A DNA stretch of 63,106 nucleotides, filler included, from Intoshia linei (lineage: Eukaryota; Animalia; Orthonectida), in assembly GCA_001642005.1 (NCBI GenBank). It is 7 parts of 7 records of this genome, joined end to end, with 100 filler letters (N's around TTAATTAATTAA, not from the genome) between each part and the next. Parts side by side here need not be neighbours in the genome. Positions count along the whole stretch, not along the records: positions 14,836 to 38,037 come from LWCA01000568.1; positions 38,138 to 44,276 come from LWCA01001705.1; 5 more parts are not named here. One strand, written 5' to 3'. Shown piece after piece: positions 26,201 through 40,465 of this stretch. The number at the start of each line of letters is the position of its first letter. Position 1 is the stretch's first letter. Made by a program: the position numbers and the translations under genes. The notes under the pieces were generated by a model, which had not been told where the DNA came from, made no database searches, and saw nothing but the letters and a program-made list of their open reading frames with translations.

Positions 26201-29200
26201 AAAATCATTACAATAAAATTCATCAAAAATATTTAAATTATATAATGCTAATTTTTGAACCACATTAATATATTCACAAAAACAATCAAATGTCCAAGCT
26301 TGCACCATATTCAAATTTTTTTCACTTTTTTCAACATCTTTTGAAATTTTTGAAAATGACTGTGCTTGATTTAATTTATCTAAACTATACCATGTGCATA
26401 AATCTTGTTGAATATTAAAAGGATTAACAAGATAAATTAAAGGTAAAAAATTTACAGAGATGATGGAAAACTTGATTCCATCAATACAAAATATTCGATC
26501 CGTTACACTAACTTTTACATAAACTCCATCACACATTTGTTTAATATAGATAATATTGATTCCGTAAATTGACAAATTTTTATTGTCTATTTCATTTTCT
26601 AGATTTGTAATATTTGTATTAAATTCCAAAAATTTTAAATTTTCAGAAAAATGAGTCAAAGATAAAACTTTTTTAAATGTACATTGATTTAAGAATAACG
26701 TTTTATTGGTAAATGCAAAACATTTACTTAAAATGTTGAATTCATTTAAAATACACATTTCTCGGCCAGGAAAAAGTTGTACACTTATTCCTTTAAAATT
26801 ATTATTTAAAAAGTGTATATATAACGGAAAAGTTGTCCAATTTTTAACTTGTAGTGTAGATTTAATATAAAACTCTAAAGTATTAATATGAGAATTAATT
26901 TCAATATAAAACAAAACTTTTGAATCAATAATAATTGGAATAGTTTTTTTATTTAAATCAAGATAAAATTTAAACTTTTTATCACTAGTTAAAACCAATT
27001 CAACATGACACGATGAAATTAAATTACATTTTGAGTATTTTTTACAAAAAGTTGTTACAAGAAATATTGAATCTATAAAAGTAAAATCACAATTTGTTAA
27101 ATTAATCAGAGTTGCAGTAGATATTTTGACATCATTTATATCAAAATCATTAATAATGTGTTTATAAAACATGTAAACATTAAAAATTGATTTCATACGT
27201 TGTTTGTCCATATTAACCAAAACTGAAGAAATATCAAATTTTAAACAATCACAAAGTGACAAATTTAAATCTTGACATTTAAATATATTAGAAAATTGTT
27301 GACTTAAAATATTCATAATAAATATTGAGATACCATTGAGTTTTGAATAATGAGATTGAAAATTTGTACTAAAAGAGAATTCAAATAATTGTAGTTTGAA
27401 ATATTCTTGAACATTGAATGTATGATTTAAAGCAAGTTTTGTTTCACTATTTATTAAAGAAAATTTAAATAGTACACTTTTAATAATAAAGTGAATAATA
27501 GATAAATTTACACTGCTGCAATTATTTTTTAAATCATTAATATCATCAAACATTCGATTTTTAGACGTTTGATATTGATTAACAAAATTAATAAGAAAGT
27601 TTACCAAATATACATGAATATTATTTAAATTAATGAAAATTTCATCAAGCATGATATAATTGACAGTTTTATGATTAAGATTCATTCCAGCATAAAGTCC
27701 ATCAACAGTCAAAAGGTTTATAAAGGGACAAACAATTAAAGGAATTGATTGATTATTAATTTGAATTAATAAATCAATTAAACTAATCTTTTTAACAAAA
27801 CTAGAAATTAAAATTTCCAAAGAAAAATGAAAAACAATTTCTTTACAAACCAAATCAAAGGTATCTTTTAAAAAGAGCAAACATTTAGGTAAAAAAGAAT
27901 AATTTTCATTAATCCTTTGTAAAACAGATTTGGTATCTTTATCCACAAATAACGAAATTTTGAATTTATCAAAAAAGAAATGACAATAAGAATTTTGAGT
28001 TAAAATTACATCAAAATTTAATTTCAACGTATCGGTAATTTCATTCTTCAAAAATTTGAATTGTTTCAAATTTATTTCATTTTCCCAAGATTGAAAACAT
28101 GTAATATACAATTTGTAAAAATAAAACAAAACATTTAAATCATGAATATTAACCAAGTATTCATTTTTTAGAGAAACTATGATCCAATCAATACAATTCA
28201 TCTCATTTTTATTAAAACATTGAATAACTTTAACAGATTTAAAAAATTTCAATTTTGAATTACCTTTATAAAAGTTTTTTTCCTCTTTTGGATAAATTTC
28301 AGAGATTAAATCGAAATTTGATACTTGGCATGTGTAAATCAATTTAAAAGATTTGTTTATCAGATTTATATATGTTTTAGGAATTTTATTGTAATCATCC
28401 GTAGTTAATTCAGTACTTTTCATTTCCATTAAAATTAACACTATTGTCCTGTTTATATCTCTTAAATTTAAATAAAATTGCAATTTTTCTACAATAATAT
28501 CAACATTATAAAAAATTTTATTATTTTTATCAATTTTTTTTTCTTTATTGAAAGGCACAAAAGGTAAAAAAGTAGATTGATATAAAAGTGCACAATAAAT
28601 CAACTTTATAAAATCAATATTAACATCAACATTAAATATTAATTTGCAAAATTTAAATATCACAGAATTATCGCTTTTTGAAAGAGAAAAAAATGCAGTA
28701 TATATAGATTGATCAGGTTCAATAGATATGAACAATGTTGAAATGTATTGCAATTCACAGAGAGAATTAGCTTTTACATGATTATAAATGTTTTCATCAT
28801 TGATTGATAATTTTGAAACTTTTAAGAGAATTTCAAAATCAATTTTTCCACATTTAAAAATAACATTTTTTAGTTTACTGCTTTTGTCCATTTTAAATAA
28901 CATTTTTAAATTTTTTTTTAATTCATGTAAATCATTTTCTAGTTTTATGTGACGATTAAATAAAATTGTAAATAAACATTCCATACTAATCATTTTTTCA
29001 AAATACCATTTAATCTGCAAATCAAAGTTCATTCGTAAACTGAATAAAAAAAAATTTACTAATTCAGTTGAACTGTAAATATTCATATCAATTTCATCAT
29101 CAAATTTGATTGAATTTTCAAGTAATACCATTGAACCCACAGAGTCAAAATCTTTTGTTCTAATAATCAGTTTACTTTGAATATTTAATAAAGTATTGTA

Positions 29201-32200
29201 AATAAATGCACAATTGTACAAAAATCTTACATATAAATTGATACAACGTGGAAAAACGTGAAAAAGAATCAACATGGATTGCTGTACATCACTTTGTTTA
29301 AACATTTTATCGTAACATGCAAATATATCACTAAAATATGATAATGAATCTCCAATATTAAAAAAATCGTCAATTTTTAAAACATGATGGCAATGATACC
29401 ACCTAGATTCTAGATAATTCAAAATTTCCAAACAAATTTCAATTTTTATCAACATTTTCGCTTCAATTTTTTTTTTTAAATCATAAACAAAACTTAAATC
29501 TTTTAGATACAATGCCAATACATTTCCTATTCCTTTATCCGTCTTATCCTTAACATTAAACATTTCCTTAACTAAATTTAATTCACTGAAATTTTCAATA
29601 AAAAATATTGACGAATGAGAAGCAATTAAAACAACATTATTGATAGAAATGTCAAAATTTTCTAATATTCCCTTTTCTTCATTTAAATTTGACTTTTTCT
29701 TCATTTCATTAATTTCATTTCCACATTTCTTTGATTCAAAATGTTTATAATCAAAAATTGAAAACAAATCAAATTCACTACTTAAAATAGACATCATTAT
29801 CAAAATTTGATGTAAATATAAAAATGTACCTTTAAATTTAATTAAACAATAAATTTTTTCGGTAAAATTCAAACTCATTTGAACATTTTTTTCATTATTT
29901 AACGTTGAACATATTTGAAAAATTGGAATACATTTTTTAGTAAAATTTTTAAGATAATCTTCACAATATACAAATGCGGAATCTAGATTAAATCTAATCA
30001 TGGAAATTTTAGATTTCGATTTATCCAAAAATTTCATAAAAAGAAAAATTTCATTGAAACAGAAATTATAGTTGCGATATAAAATATTTTTGTAATAATC
30101 AGCATCATCACCTGATAAACAAAGATAATTTTTAATATTTTTTAAATTAATATGATATACCGTACATTTCAATGTAGCAACAGATATTAAAATATTATTG
30201 TACAAATGTGAGCAGGAAAAATTTTTTTCAAATTGATAAAGTTCTCTAACCCTAAAACGTACATCAGCAGATAAATTTTCATTTGAAATTGTGGAATAAA
30301 TCATTCCGAATTCATGTATAGTAATTTTTAAGAGTTTATTGCAATGTTGAAAACACGTTGAATCGCTGTTTAAATTTATGTATACATTATCAATTAGTAA
30401 CTTACATACATACTGATTAAAACAGTATAAATATAAAATATAATTAATTTCCATCTTTTTAAGATTAATTTCTAGACCATTTATATAATTTGAAACAATT
30501 TTAACATTAAATATTATCATTTTAAAATCTAACCATGAATTATTACAAATGTTACCAATGTTTGATAATAAGGGTTCCGTTTTAATAATAATATTCTCTG
30601 TTGAATCCATATAAGGCTTGTAGCGTTTAATATAAACTGAATATATCAATTTTAGCGTATATACAAAATGTTCATTAAATATAATATCTTGATTTGCAAT
30701 CAATAATAAATCTTTACGAATATTAAACATTTCACAATCATTTTGAATAAGATGGATAAAAGATGTGTATAACATGGCAAAATTACACTTATTCATACAA
30801 AAATTTACAAAATTTGACACATTTCCAGAAAAAGTTGTCAAAATGTATGAAAATATAACATTTAGCTTTGAATCATTTTCAATGTGTTTGTTTCCGTTAA
30901 TTGTATATACGTCATAATTTTGATTATTATAATTAATTACCGTATTAATATGGTCTATAGATATCGCTTTAAAATTTAATATACCCAAGTTATCCGACAA
31001 TATATTGAGATTCATATTGGATATGGTTAAAAAAATTTTTCGATCAGACAAATCAAACCTCTAAATTTTTTATTTAAATTTAATTTCTTAAGTTAATAAC
31101 ATTTTAAATCAGTGGTCACATAACTGCGACCAGCGACATGTTATTTATGATGATTTTTAGGTTCATAACCAGGCTCTTCATAAAATAATTATAAGCGCAA
31201 TTATAATAATTGCTTATTATTAATTTATAACATTTATATACATATTAAGTTATATCCTAACTTATATAATATGCTACGCAATTTTTGTTTGTGTGTGTGT
31301 GTTACGCTTTATTTAAATAACTATCAGTGTAAGAATTTTTTAAAGGCCACCTTTCAATTACAGTTTTTTCTGGGACGTATAATAAGAGAAATTTTAACCT
31401 GCCAATTTCACATCTTACGGGTCAAAAACCCCAGTTGTCCCTCTTTTTGAAAATCAAACGATTGGAGAATTTTAAAAATTCTATACGCTGATACGGATTT
31501 TAAAATTATAAACATTACCATAAATTTAAATTTAAAAAAATTATATCTTCAAGACCACAACCCCAATTGACCCTTCTTTTTTTAATGAAAATAGCCCTAA
31601 AATTTCAAAAAATTTACAGGTTGTACAGTTGTATCCTGTTAACACACAAAAAAAATTTCAATCCGAATAAGTGACGACTTCACGGTCAAAAAAACATTTT
31701 AGTATTCATATATTTTTTTTTCGAAATATTTTATTAAAACAAAAAATGTAAAATAATTAACGGTCCGAAAATTAAAAAAAAGAAAGATTATTCTGATAAA
31801 GCTTATTCCAGTTGATATAAATACAAAATTTCAACCGAGAAATCTAAGCATTCCAGATGAAAAATAATTTTTAATATATTATCAACCAATATTTTTCAAA
31901 TATTTTGATTAAAAAGTAATATGATGGTTCCATCTGACACAAATTTGGGAACCACTCCTTTAAAGGATTGATAATAGTTAATAGTAGGATTTTTAAGTTA
32001 GATTTTCAACGTGAATTTATTTTTTAAGTATAATAAAAATGTGCTCTCGGCAGAGCTAGGTCCTGTTTGTACGTAGTATGTAAATTTATTTTTTGGTAGT
32101 ATAAAAATGTTCCCTCGGTAGAACTAGGCTACGGGGATTGATAATAGTGAATAGTAGAATTTTTAAGTTAGATTTTCAACGTGAATTTTTTGCTATCATA

Positions 32201-34467
32201 AAAATGTGCCCTCGGCAGAGCTAAGTGCTGTTTGTACGTAGTACATTAGGGTGCCACACACATCTGAATTTTAATTGCGCGTAGTGAAAATTCGTTGCTC
32301 TTAAGCAATGTATTCACTATGTCGTTTTTAAAATTAACTAAAATGATCTGTTTGATCTGCAGGCTTTAATCAAAGTTTTACAAAATTTGGAACTAATAAA
32401 CATCAGTTCAAACTATTTTACATAATTACTACTTTTAATTCTAATTTTCATCACCTCTACTCGAAATGATTGACAATATAATAAAATTTGTCCATTGTCT
32501 GAAGCGACATACATTTGAGCGATACATCTTAAAGCGAAATAATAATCGATTTCACTAATTGATTATATCACTAGTTGACTGTTATGTACCACGTACAAAC
32601 AGCGTCTAGCTCTGCCGAGGGCACATTTTTATTCTACCAATAAAATGAATTAACAATAAGAAAGTCTAACTTAAAAATGATGCTATTCACTATTTTCAAT
32701 TTTGTATCAATAATTAACGGAATCAGCACGTTAAAAACATGTTTCTGGTAAGTTTTACCAACATTGCAAAGCATTGTAATAAAAATAAAAATAACAAAGT
32801 TGTACTTTTTTGTTGTAGTTTTAGACTAAATGAAAAAAAATCCGAAGGAATCAATTATATAGATTTCCACCCACATGTCATTTTTTATTATCATAATATT
32901 AATGAATTTAAAACTTTTTATTAGAATGTGTACTTTTTATAATTCTAGGACGAGTTTGAATTTAAAAACAAACCACAATTTTATTATTATATTATTATTA
33001 TTCAAAATTTCAGAAATCATAATAATTATTGCAATAATTTATTTTTTCAAATTTTTTTTGCAATAAAATAATGATTGGGCCTGCTCATTATTATAATTGG
33101 ATTGTTTTTAAAATTTGACTATCATTGTCAAAAATTAATTAAAAAATTGGATTTAAAATTAAAAATTCAGTCCTACGTAGAGAATCTCCTGTTTGTACAA
33201 AGTACATAAAATTCAAGCTAAACACAATATAAATATAAAGCTTGAAATCGATTGGAAACTTCACAGAAAGATTAAATAATAATTATAAACATACCTGTTT
33301 TGGTAGAATGAGAGAAAATTTTAAGAGTAAAATATTGATATTGCATAAAACTATAAAATTGGTTGAATCTTTGGAACCAAGACTAGAAGAATTACAAGAC
33401 ACATTATCTGAATAGTGAATATTTTTTTTATCAGCATGTTCATTTTTTCCATAAAAATCTTTAAAAATACCATCAAACCAATAATTACTATCTGTCGTTA
33501 AATCATCAAATTTATCAATAGATTTATCTTTATAACTTTTCTGTTTATTAGCATTAATTTGAGAAATTTGCATTATAACATGACTAACGGTGGAAACTAA
33601 TTTTTTAAAAATATTAAATTTAATAGACGTAATAGATATTTCTGCAAGATTAGTCTGTAAAATATATTTATCTCCACCAACCACATCATTAAAAAAATTA
33701 GCATAAAAATCTGACTTTAAATCATCACCTTGTGTGGATTCAGTTGTTATATATTCATTTTTAATTTTAATAAAAATGGTATCAAAATGTAAATCTTTAA
33801 TAAGGTGCAATTCTTTTAACTTTGAATTTAAATTTTTAAAATAGACATTGCAACCAGAGCAGGATAGCATGCGAGTTAAAATTTTACAAGATTCATTAAA
33901 ACATTCATTATAATTTGATGTATCAAATAAACTATCATTTTGATCGAAATATGTAGATTCATCGTCTGTACATACAGATTTTATAACAACATCACTTGCA
34001 GTCATATTTAGTATAGTTTTCTCTTTGATATCAACGTAAACAAAATTAAAATTTTTAATCTTGTATTTTATATTTGACATGATGGAATTGTAGTATGATG
34101 ATAAATACGAATCTTCTTCTACATTCACATTAACATCATTTTTATCTTCAAAGTTTGATCTAACATTCGTCATACAATTGTCTCCCAATGAAGATGATTT
34201 TAAGGTTAGGTTTGTAATTTCTACTATAATTGGTTTTGACATGATGTAACGCCATTGAATTTGAACTCGGAATTTATCAATTATACCTGATATCAATTGA
34301 ACTGGTAAATTTAAAGACGATTCAAGTTGGTTCAGTTTAATTGATACATTTGATAAATTAAGTTCTCCCGTCCATAAAGAAAATGACAAGTTTAAATTGT
34401 CAGTATCTATAAATTTAGAAATGTATCTTATCAATAGAGGCTCGATATAAGAAGATATGTTAAACAT
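20248..34467 (-). CDS. VPS13B: VPS13B-like bridge lipid-transfer protein, ~3090 aa; exons 34467-33295, 31060-23809, 23055-22879, 21376-21221, 21152-20900, 20580-20403, 20331-20248
   Basis: Chorein-N start SYIEPLLIRYISKFI...FSLWTGELNL...LNLPVQLISGIIDKFRVQIQW matches the VPS13B-type N-terminus. C-terminal ASLSIIGNPAMFIKSIYNG...LVKGLSKG and GSVGLFIKPTIG match the VPS13 C/ATG2-C region. All introns are GT-AG with compatible phases; exons sum to 9273 nt. The last two exons are less certain. Confidence 0.85.
23139..23285. mobile_element. 147-bp hAT MITE
   Basis: TIRs tagggattggaaccgaatc / gattcggttccaatcccta; perfect 8-bp TSD gtcataat. Confidence 0.9.
23309..23775 (+). mobile_element. Non-autonomous Helitron-like element
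   Basis: 3' hairpin ctgtttgtac-caa-gtacaaaacag followed by CTAG|T; body similar to 31255-31690 and ~960-1140. Confidence 0.7.
31255..33220 (+). mobile_element. Composite Helitron-like cluster in VPS13B intron 1 (tandem sub-terminal duplications, inverted copy starting 32571)
   Basis: A|TC 5' start at 31255; repeated ctcggcagagctaggtgctgtttgtacgtagtac blocks at ~32046 and ~32211 and inverted at 32571-32630; degenerate 3' hairpin at ~33188-33220. Confidence 0.65.
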
Positions 34468-35662
34468 ATTTAAAATTGATCAATTATTAACATTCTAAAT
34501 GTTTTGTATATCAAAAAAATATACAATAACAACTTTACTTTATTTAATTCAAAAATTCAATTAGTATTTTACTTGTGATGTTACGTAGAATAAATTATAT
34601 TAAAAGTTTGGTATGTTTATATTTGATGTTTAAAATACACTATAACATGACACACATGTAAGGCATATGACAGAAACCACACACATTTAGTATGAGTTAA
34701 TGATTAACTTAATCGAATCAAATATTATACATCAAAGTATCCATAGAGATATGCCGCTCCTTCGAGCATACTAGTTTGGGCTGTGCTGTGTTAAAAATTA
34801 AATATAATAAATTGATGTATTCAATTTTTTTATTATTTTTAATTTTCAATTATGTATACGTGGATAGCTTATCAACGGTGATATTTAAATTAATCACTAT
34901 TTTTTGATATCTACAGAATCTTTTTTTTACAATTTTTTTTTTGTTAATAATTTGTAAATCAAATTTTTCTTTTATAGGTCGATGTTACCTTTAATCGTTC
35001 TCATTACACACTAAGAGTATTCTTTCGGAAATCTTTGTGATAAGCTATTACTATATAATGTAGTTACTTATATAATGTCTACATGATTTCAATTTAAATC
35101 TTGAATAGATGCGATTATAATCTTTTAAAATGGTATGCCCATTATTCAGGATTTTTAAATTTTTTATAATTATGGAATTGAATTAATCACTTAACAAGCT
35201 CAATTTCTTTTTGAAATTTAAATAAATTTCTCGCACAACTGATGCATCCTATTCGAAAGGATTCAAGTTTTTAAAGTACAATTATCGTTAAGTTAGCCGA
35301 TAAATCTACACCAATATTAAGTTTTAAATTGAATTGTCCATTCAAATAATTTTTTTGTATACCCGCGGATGTTAAAAATGTTCTGTACTAGATATTAACC
35401 TAGGATACTTGGGCTAATTTTAAAATGTATATTATTTTTAAGGGTCCATCCTTCAAATATGATTTTATCTAATATATATGATAATTTTTTGTAGTTTTGA
35501 TAATAATATTCTTTGGGCTTAAGTTTCTAAATTTTGATATATTTTAAAATAAACTGTATACTAAAGTCCCTACTTATTGACAAAATTTGAATTTAAAATT
35601 TATAACGAATCGTGGGGGTTTAAGAATTTAGTGTAATTATGAAAATCCTGTAATTGTAATTA

Positions 35663-35913
35663 CAGTATTCTCTCCACAGCTCGCCAATTCTCTATCTCGC
35701 TATTAATTTTAAAACCGTTTTTCAAAATAAGTTGAGTTATTTTGTATTAAATTTTACAATTTTTATTACAATTTACATTTTATAGCAATTTATCCTTTAA
35801 TTTAAAGGTTTTATCTACTGTTTCTATAGTTTTAAATTCTCTATCTCTCCAAATTCCCTATCTCGCCAACTTTTTCTAAATCCCAAGAATGGCGAGTTAT
35901 AGAGAGAATACTG
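35663..35913. mobile_element. Tigger/pogo-type MITE
   Basis: TA-cagtattctctc...ctcgcca / tggcgag...gagagaatactg-TA terminal inverted repeats. Confidence 0.8.
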
Positions 35914-36508
35914 TACATTGTAATTGTAAATTAACCATGATTTATTTTTAAATTTTGTGGGTTAGTTTAGTATTTTATTACAAAGGAACTGCTCCAAATG
36001 ATAGATTTATCATGAAGTTTACAAATTTCATGACCAGAAATTAAAAAATTAATTTTTCATAAAAGTAAAATAAATTTACTCCTCTAAATCGGTCATGTCT
36101 TTCACTATTAAAAATATATACACTATTCGCCGATTACGTGATTTTCCACTGATTAATGTCCAGTTTTCATTATTTTCCAATAATTTTTCAAAATAAATCA
36201 AAAAAAATTTTTATGGCATGGTCCCCTGCTAATACAATAACATTTTTAAAAAAATAATTAAGATTTGCTAAAAATAGGATGATATTTATTGTTATAGATG
36301 TATAGGCACAGTCTCAATTTCTAACAATTTAGTGGAAGTAATTCCATTACAATCCACTCGACCCACAAATTACCCAAATTAACAAATTAGTTATTAGTTT
36401 TTTTTATTTTTTATAAAACTTGTTTTATACTTAATTTTAATTAAAATTTCTTATTTATAAATAAATTATTATAAATACATCTTACTAATTAAATATTATT
36501 TAAATTAG

Positions 36509-36657
36509 TATCGATGTCATTCAAATATTGTGACAAAAAAGAATTTTTACAATGATATTATGTCTATGAATTTGATAGAACGCAAAAAAATTGGAATTTG
36601 GCTTGGCGGTTGTACTGCTCTTGTTTGTGGTGCAATAACATTGGGCGGTTATGTTAG
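36509..36657 (+). CDS. COX15: Heme A synthase COX15, single exon (first transmembrane segment); remainder not in contig
   Basis: KKIGIWLGGCTALVCGAITLGGYVR then GT donor, cf. COX15 [23 protein letters not shown]. Not in the ORF track. Confidence 0.75.
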
Positions 36658-37289
36658 GTTTTTATTATACATGTATTTATATTGTTACTAATAAAGTATT
36701 TATTATTAATACATTTATTAAAAATAGTATATTGCAGTGCTACCGAACTACAAATATATACAAAAGGAGTGTGTTCAACTTTTAGTTATTTTAGTGTTTT
36801 TTTAGTAACAAAATTAAGTACTAAGTACTTAGTTTTACAAAATTAAAAACTCATTAACTACTTTTTTTTAAATTTTAGTAAAAGTACTTTAAAAAATTTG
36901 ATGAATTTTCAGTTTTCGTTTACAAAACGTAGAAAATTCAAAACATAAAATTAATGTTTCTGATTTTCAATAGAAATAAATTATATTATGTACAATAAAT
37001 AAATAACTGATATTTAGAGTAAGATAATATTCGAATTTTATTAGAAACTACATATAATATAGTAGTATCATTAAAAGTAGATAATTAAATTTTTTATTAA
37101 ATGTTTCTTAAAAAAACATAATTATCCCTCAATACCTCTATTGAATCTTGCTCTAACAAACGAAGTGGCCGAACGTGGAATACACAGAGTCCAATACCTT
37201 CGTGAGAAGGCGTCAGTCAAGTATATTGATGATGAATTATTAAGTAACAGTGTTAATCATCTTAAAAATTATTAAATTAACAGTAATAG

Positions 37290-38037
37290 TTAATACTGCA
37301 AATTTATTCAATATGCAGATGACCTAAAAATTTACTCAGTAATAAAAAATTTTGCAGACAATGAAAAAATACAGAAAGATATTGACTCAATATATGAATG
37401 GAGTAATAAACATAATTTACCGTTAAACTTAAGTAAGTGCAACGTCATGCACTTCACACAAAACAAAAACGACTTTTACCCCACGTTAAAGATCCACAAC
37501 CACGTACTACCGAAAATAACCTCTGTCAAAGATTTGGGAGTCACGTTTACAGATGATGGGAAATTCGACCAACACATTGAACGCGTTGTACGTGCTGCTA
37601 AAATTGAGACATTCAGAATTAAAAAAACTATTGCCTTGCGACAACTCAAATATCTACTTCTTCTGTTTAAATTATTTATTCTACCAAAAATCGAATACGC
37701 GAGCCAAGTTTGGAACCCATCAAAAAAGGATATAAAACGTCTCGAATCTGTAAACAAAAAAATCTATTCTGTTCTAATATGTCACTTCAACATAGAAGGT
37801 CACTCACATTCACTCATGGACCTCAACCTCATCCATAAAATACTAAATTCAAATATAATCTCACCTATCCAATTTAACTACACAACAACCCGAAAAAATA
37901 TTTAAAAAACGATTTGCGACAAACCTCCACAAAAATTTTTTCTACAACCGAATAACGAACTACTGGAATCAACTACCCAAAGTAATTACATCACTCAAAT
38001 CCTCAACAGTTTTCAAAAAGCAAACCACAAAAGTTAA
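37290..38037 (+). mobile_element. 5'-truncated CR1/L2-like LINE reverse transcriptase fragment
   Basis: QYADDLKIY at ~37309, then WSNKHNLPLNLSKCNVMHF, VKDLGVTF, PKIEYASQVWNP; frameshifted 3' part with YWNQLP. Confidence 0.92.
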
Positions 38038-38137
38038 NNNNNNNNNNNNNNNNNNNNNNNNNNNNNNNNNNNNNNNNNNNNTTAATTAATTAANNNNNNN
38101 NNNNNNNNNNNNNNNNNNNNNNNNNNNNNNNNNNNNN

Positions 38138-38365
38138 TTTTTATTCTATCAGAGAGTCTAGGCTTAGCACCAGCTCTTTTTCTTCCATCGTCATATCTTT
38201 GGGTATCACTTAAAAATGATCGAACATGGAATGATCTATTTGTTGAAAAATGACGGTTTAAAAGAGCAGCTATTTTTCTATAAGACCTGCGCTTTTAATT
38301 GTCACAATATTTTGCTCCAATAATAAATTTTTTTCGTTTTCTGACAATTTAAGACCTTTAGGCAT
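38138..38365 (-). mobile_element. Tc3/Tc1-like transposase N-terminal HTH remnant
   Basis: MPKGLKLSENEK...SYRKIAALLNR...FLSDTQRY...AGAKPRLSDR resembles the Tc3 paired-like domain; internal stop. Confidence 0.7.
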
Positions 38366-39430
38366 ATTCTATCTTAATAAAAAATATAAAATTCATAATA
38401 ATAGTATACTTACTATGTAATTATGATTGGTGTTGTTATAATTGTGGACACGTTATTGAATGTGATTTTAACTTTTTTATTAATAACTTTTTTAATTTAG
38501 GTTTTTCAAAAATACGAAATTAGTGGACAGAGTGTATGAAAAATCATTTTTTAATTTAATTTGTATCGTACAAATTGTATGTTATTCAAAAACTCGTTTA
38601 ACCATCATACCTAATACTGGTTAAGAATAAATTTGATAATAAACTAAACTATAGTAATATATCTAAAAAGTGATAGATTTTTCATTCCAACCGACTACTT
38701 ACAAAATACGTTAGAGTACAAAATACAACAGCTTCCACTATAAGATATATCTCTACCAAATTATTAACATGTATATCAATAGATAAATTTTATATTATAT
38801 CATAAATACTTTGATTTCCACATTGTCCCAATTGCAAAGTAATTAATTCTCTGGGCATTTTAATTTTTTTTAAAATTAAAAAATTTTCAAAACGTATAAT
38901 TTATTAAATTGAGGTGGAAACACAAGTTTACTTTATTTTCAAGTTGATGCTAATTTTTAAATTTGAAAAACAAAAAAATGTATACAATTTTATTTGTACA
39001 TTATTTATTAACGATACGAATGTACATTCAAGTTTTAATGTTTCTAATAATGGAATCCAAAATTCAGTAATCTTAATCAGTTACATTTTAAATCAGCAAA
39101 TAAACTTATTCAAATTAATATCACATCTATTATCTTATCCATATTTATCCAAAATGCACTTTTGTAATTTTGTTTCAAGTAATATTTGCAATATGGGTGG
39201 CATTCTGTTATTAAAAAGTTAATCTTGCATGTAATCAAGATCTCAAACGATCATATGAAATAATATATGAAATTTTCCAAAATTTTGAATCATCGTGGAC
39301 ACCCACGTTTATCTGCCTGACTTGTTACAAGATAACCAAATCAGGTGAAGCTAGATTTCTTAAACCACGGACATGGTCACAACCAGTTAAAAAATAAAGT
39401 TGTTATTTTTGTTATATTAATGAATCCAAT

Positions 39431-39900
39431 ATGAATTTCCAACGTCGATCAAAATATGAACAATACCCTGAAATACTATCTTCAACAAAATCAATTAACA
39501 AAAAATCTGAAAACGGAAAATTTAGTAAACATTCTCAGGAAAGTGTAGCATCATGTTCTTCCAGTATCTTATACCCTAGTTATAATCAAGACACTAGAAA
39601 ACCATGTCAAAGCGATTTAGATAGTTTGGTTGTAGAATTAAAATTACCCAAAAATAAATCTGAAGTTCTTACAGATTTTTTCAAAAAGAGAAACTTTACT
39701 GATGGGCAAGTATTGAGCACATCACATCGAAAAAGAAATTATAAATTTGCTTCATATTTCGAAAGAAATGGATATTGTGCATGTATCTAATTTTAATGGA
39801 TTGTTAAACAAACTAAAAATAAATTATATCAGTAATGATTGTTATTTATTCATGGACTGTTCCACAAAAAGCTTTAAAGTAATATTGATAGACTCAGGTC
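39431..39900 (+). pseudogene. DNA-transposase remnant, probably Chapaev3-like (CMC)
   Basis: QSDLDSLVVELKLPKNKSEVL...RKRN...(frameshift) GLLNKL...YLFMDCSTKSFKVILIDSG resembles the ELNDLVRDL...WRLFIDSSKRSLKAVLLHNG family. Superfamily assignment is from memory. Confidence 0.5.
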
Positions 39901-40465
39901 GAATTGTTGGCGTGCTTTTAATCAAACATAAATTTATTTTCATTTTTTTTAATAATTTTTTCGTATCTTATATAAATATTTCAATAACTACGCTATGGAA
40001 ATAAATGAAACTTAGTCATCCATTAGAATGCGATTTCTCAATTGTAGTGGTAAAATTTTTTTGTTGCGCATCCGAAAAGTTTAGTTTCTGCATGATTCGA
40101 TAGGGGTTTTCGGCTTTCTCACTTGATTCACCTGTAACTTTTCATATATTCGACATCTACGTATTCGATAACTTTACATAATAATTTAAACCATCAATGA
40201 ACTCTATCAAAAAAATAAATATTGAGTAAATAGTATTCTCATTATCAATTAATAAATATTAATTATTTTTAAATTGATGCAATGAATTTCAAAATAAATT
40301 TTAATTTACAAGATTATTATAAAATATCTACAATTTGAAGCTAAAATATTGGTGATGCGCGAAAATTTTTTTTATTTTGTTGGACCGTGTAATAATACGC
40401 TTATTCACTTTATTATTTAAAATTTGCAGAGTAACAATAGTAACGGTTAATTTTTTAATCTATTC

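Noticed and set aside
34700-36382. Exon-like pieces on + strand (about 34720-34815, 34978-35040, 36298-36382)
   Set aside because: Splice signals are plausible but I could not build a consistent frame or recognise a product; needs RNA-seq.
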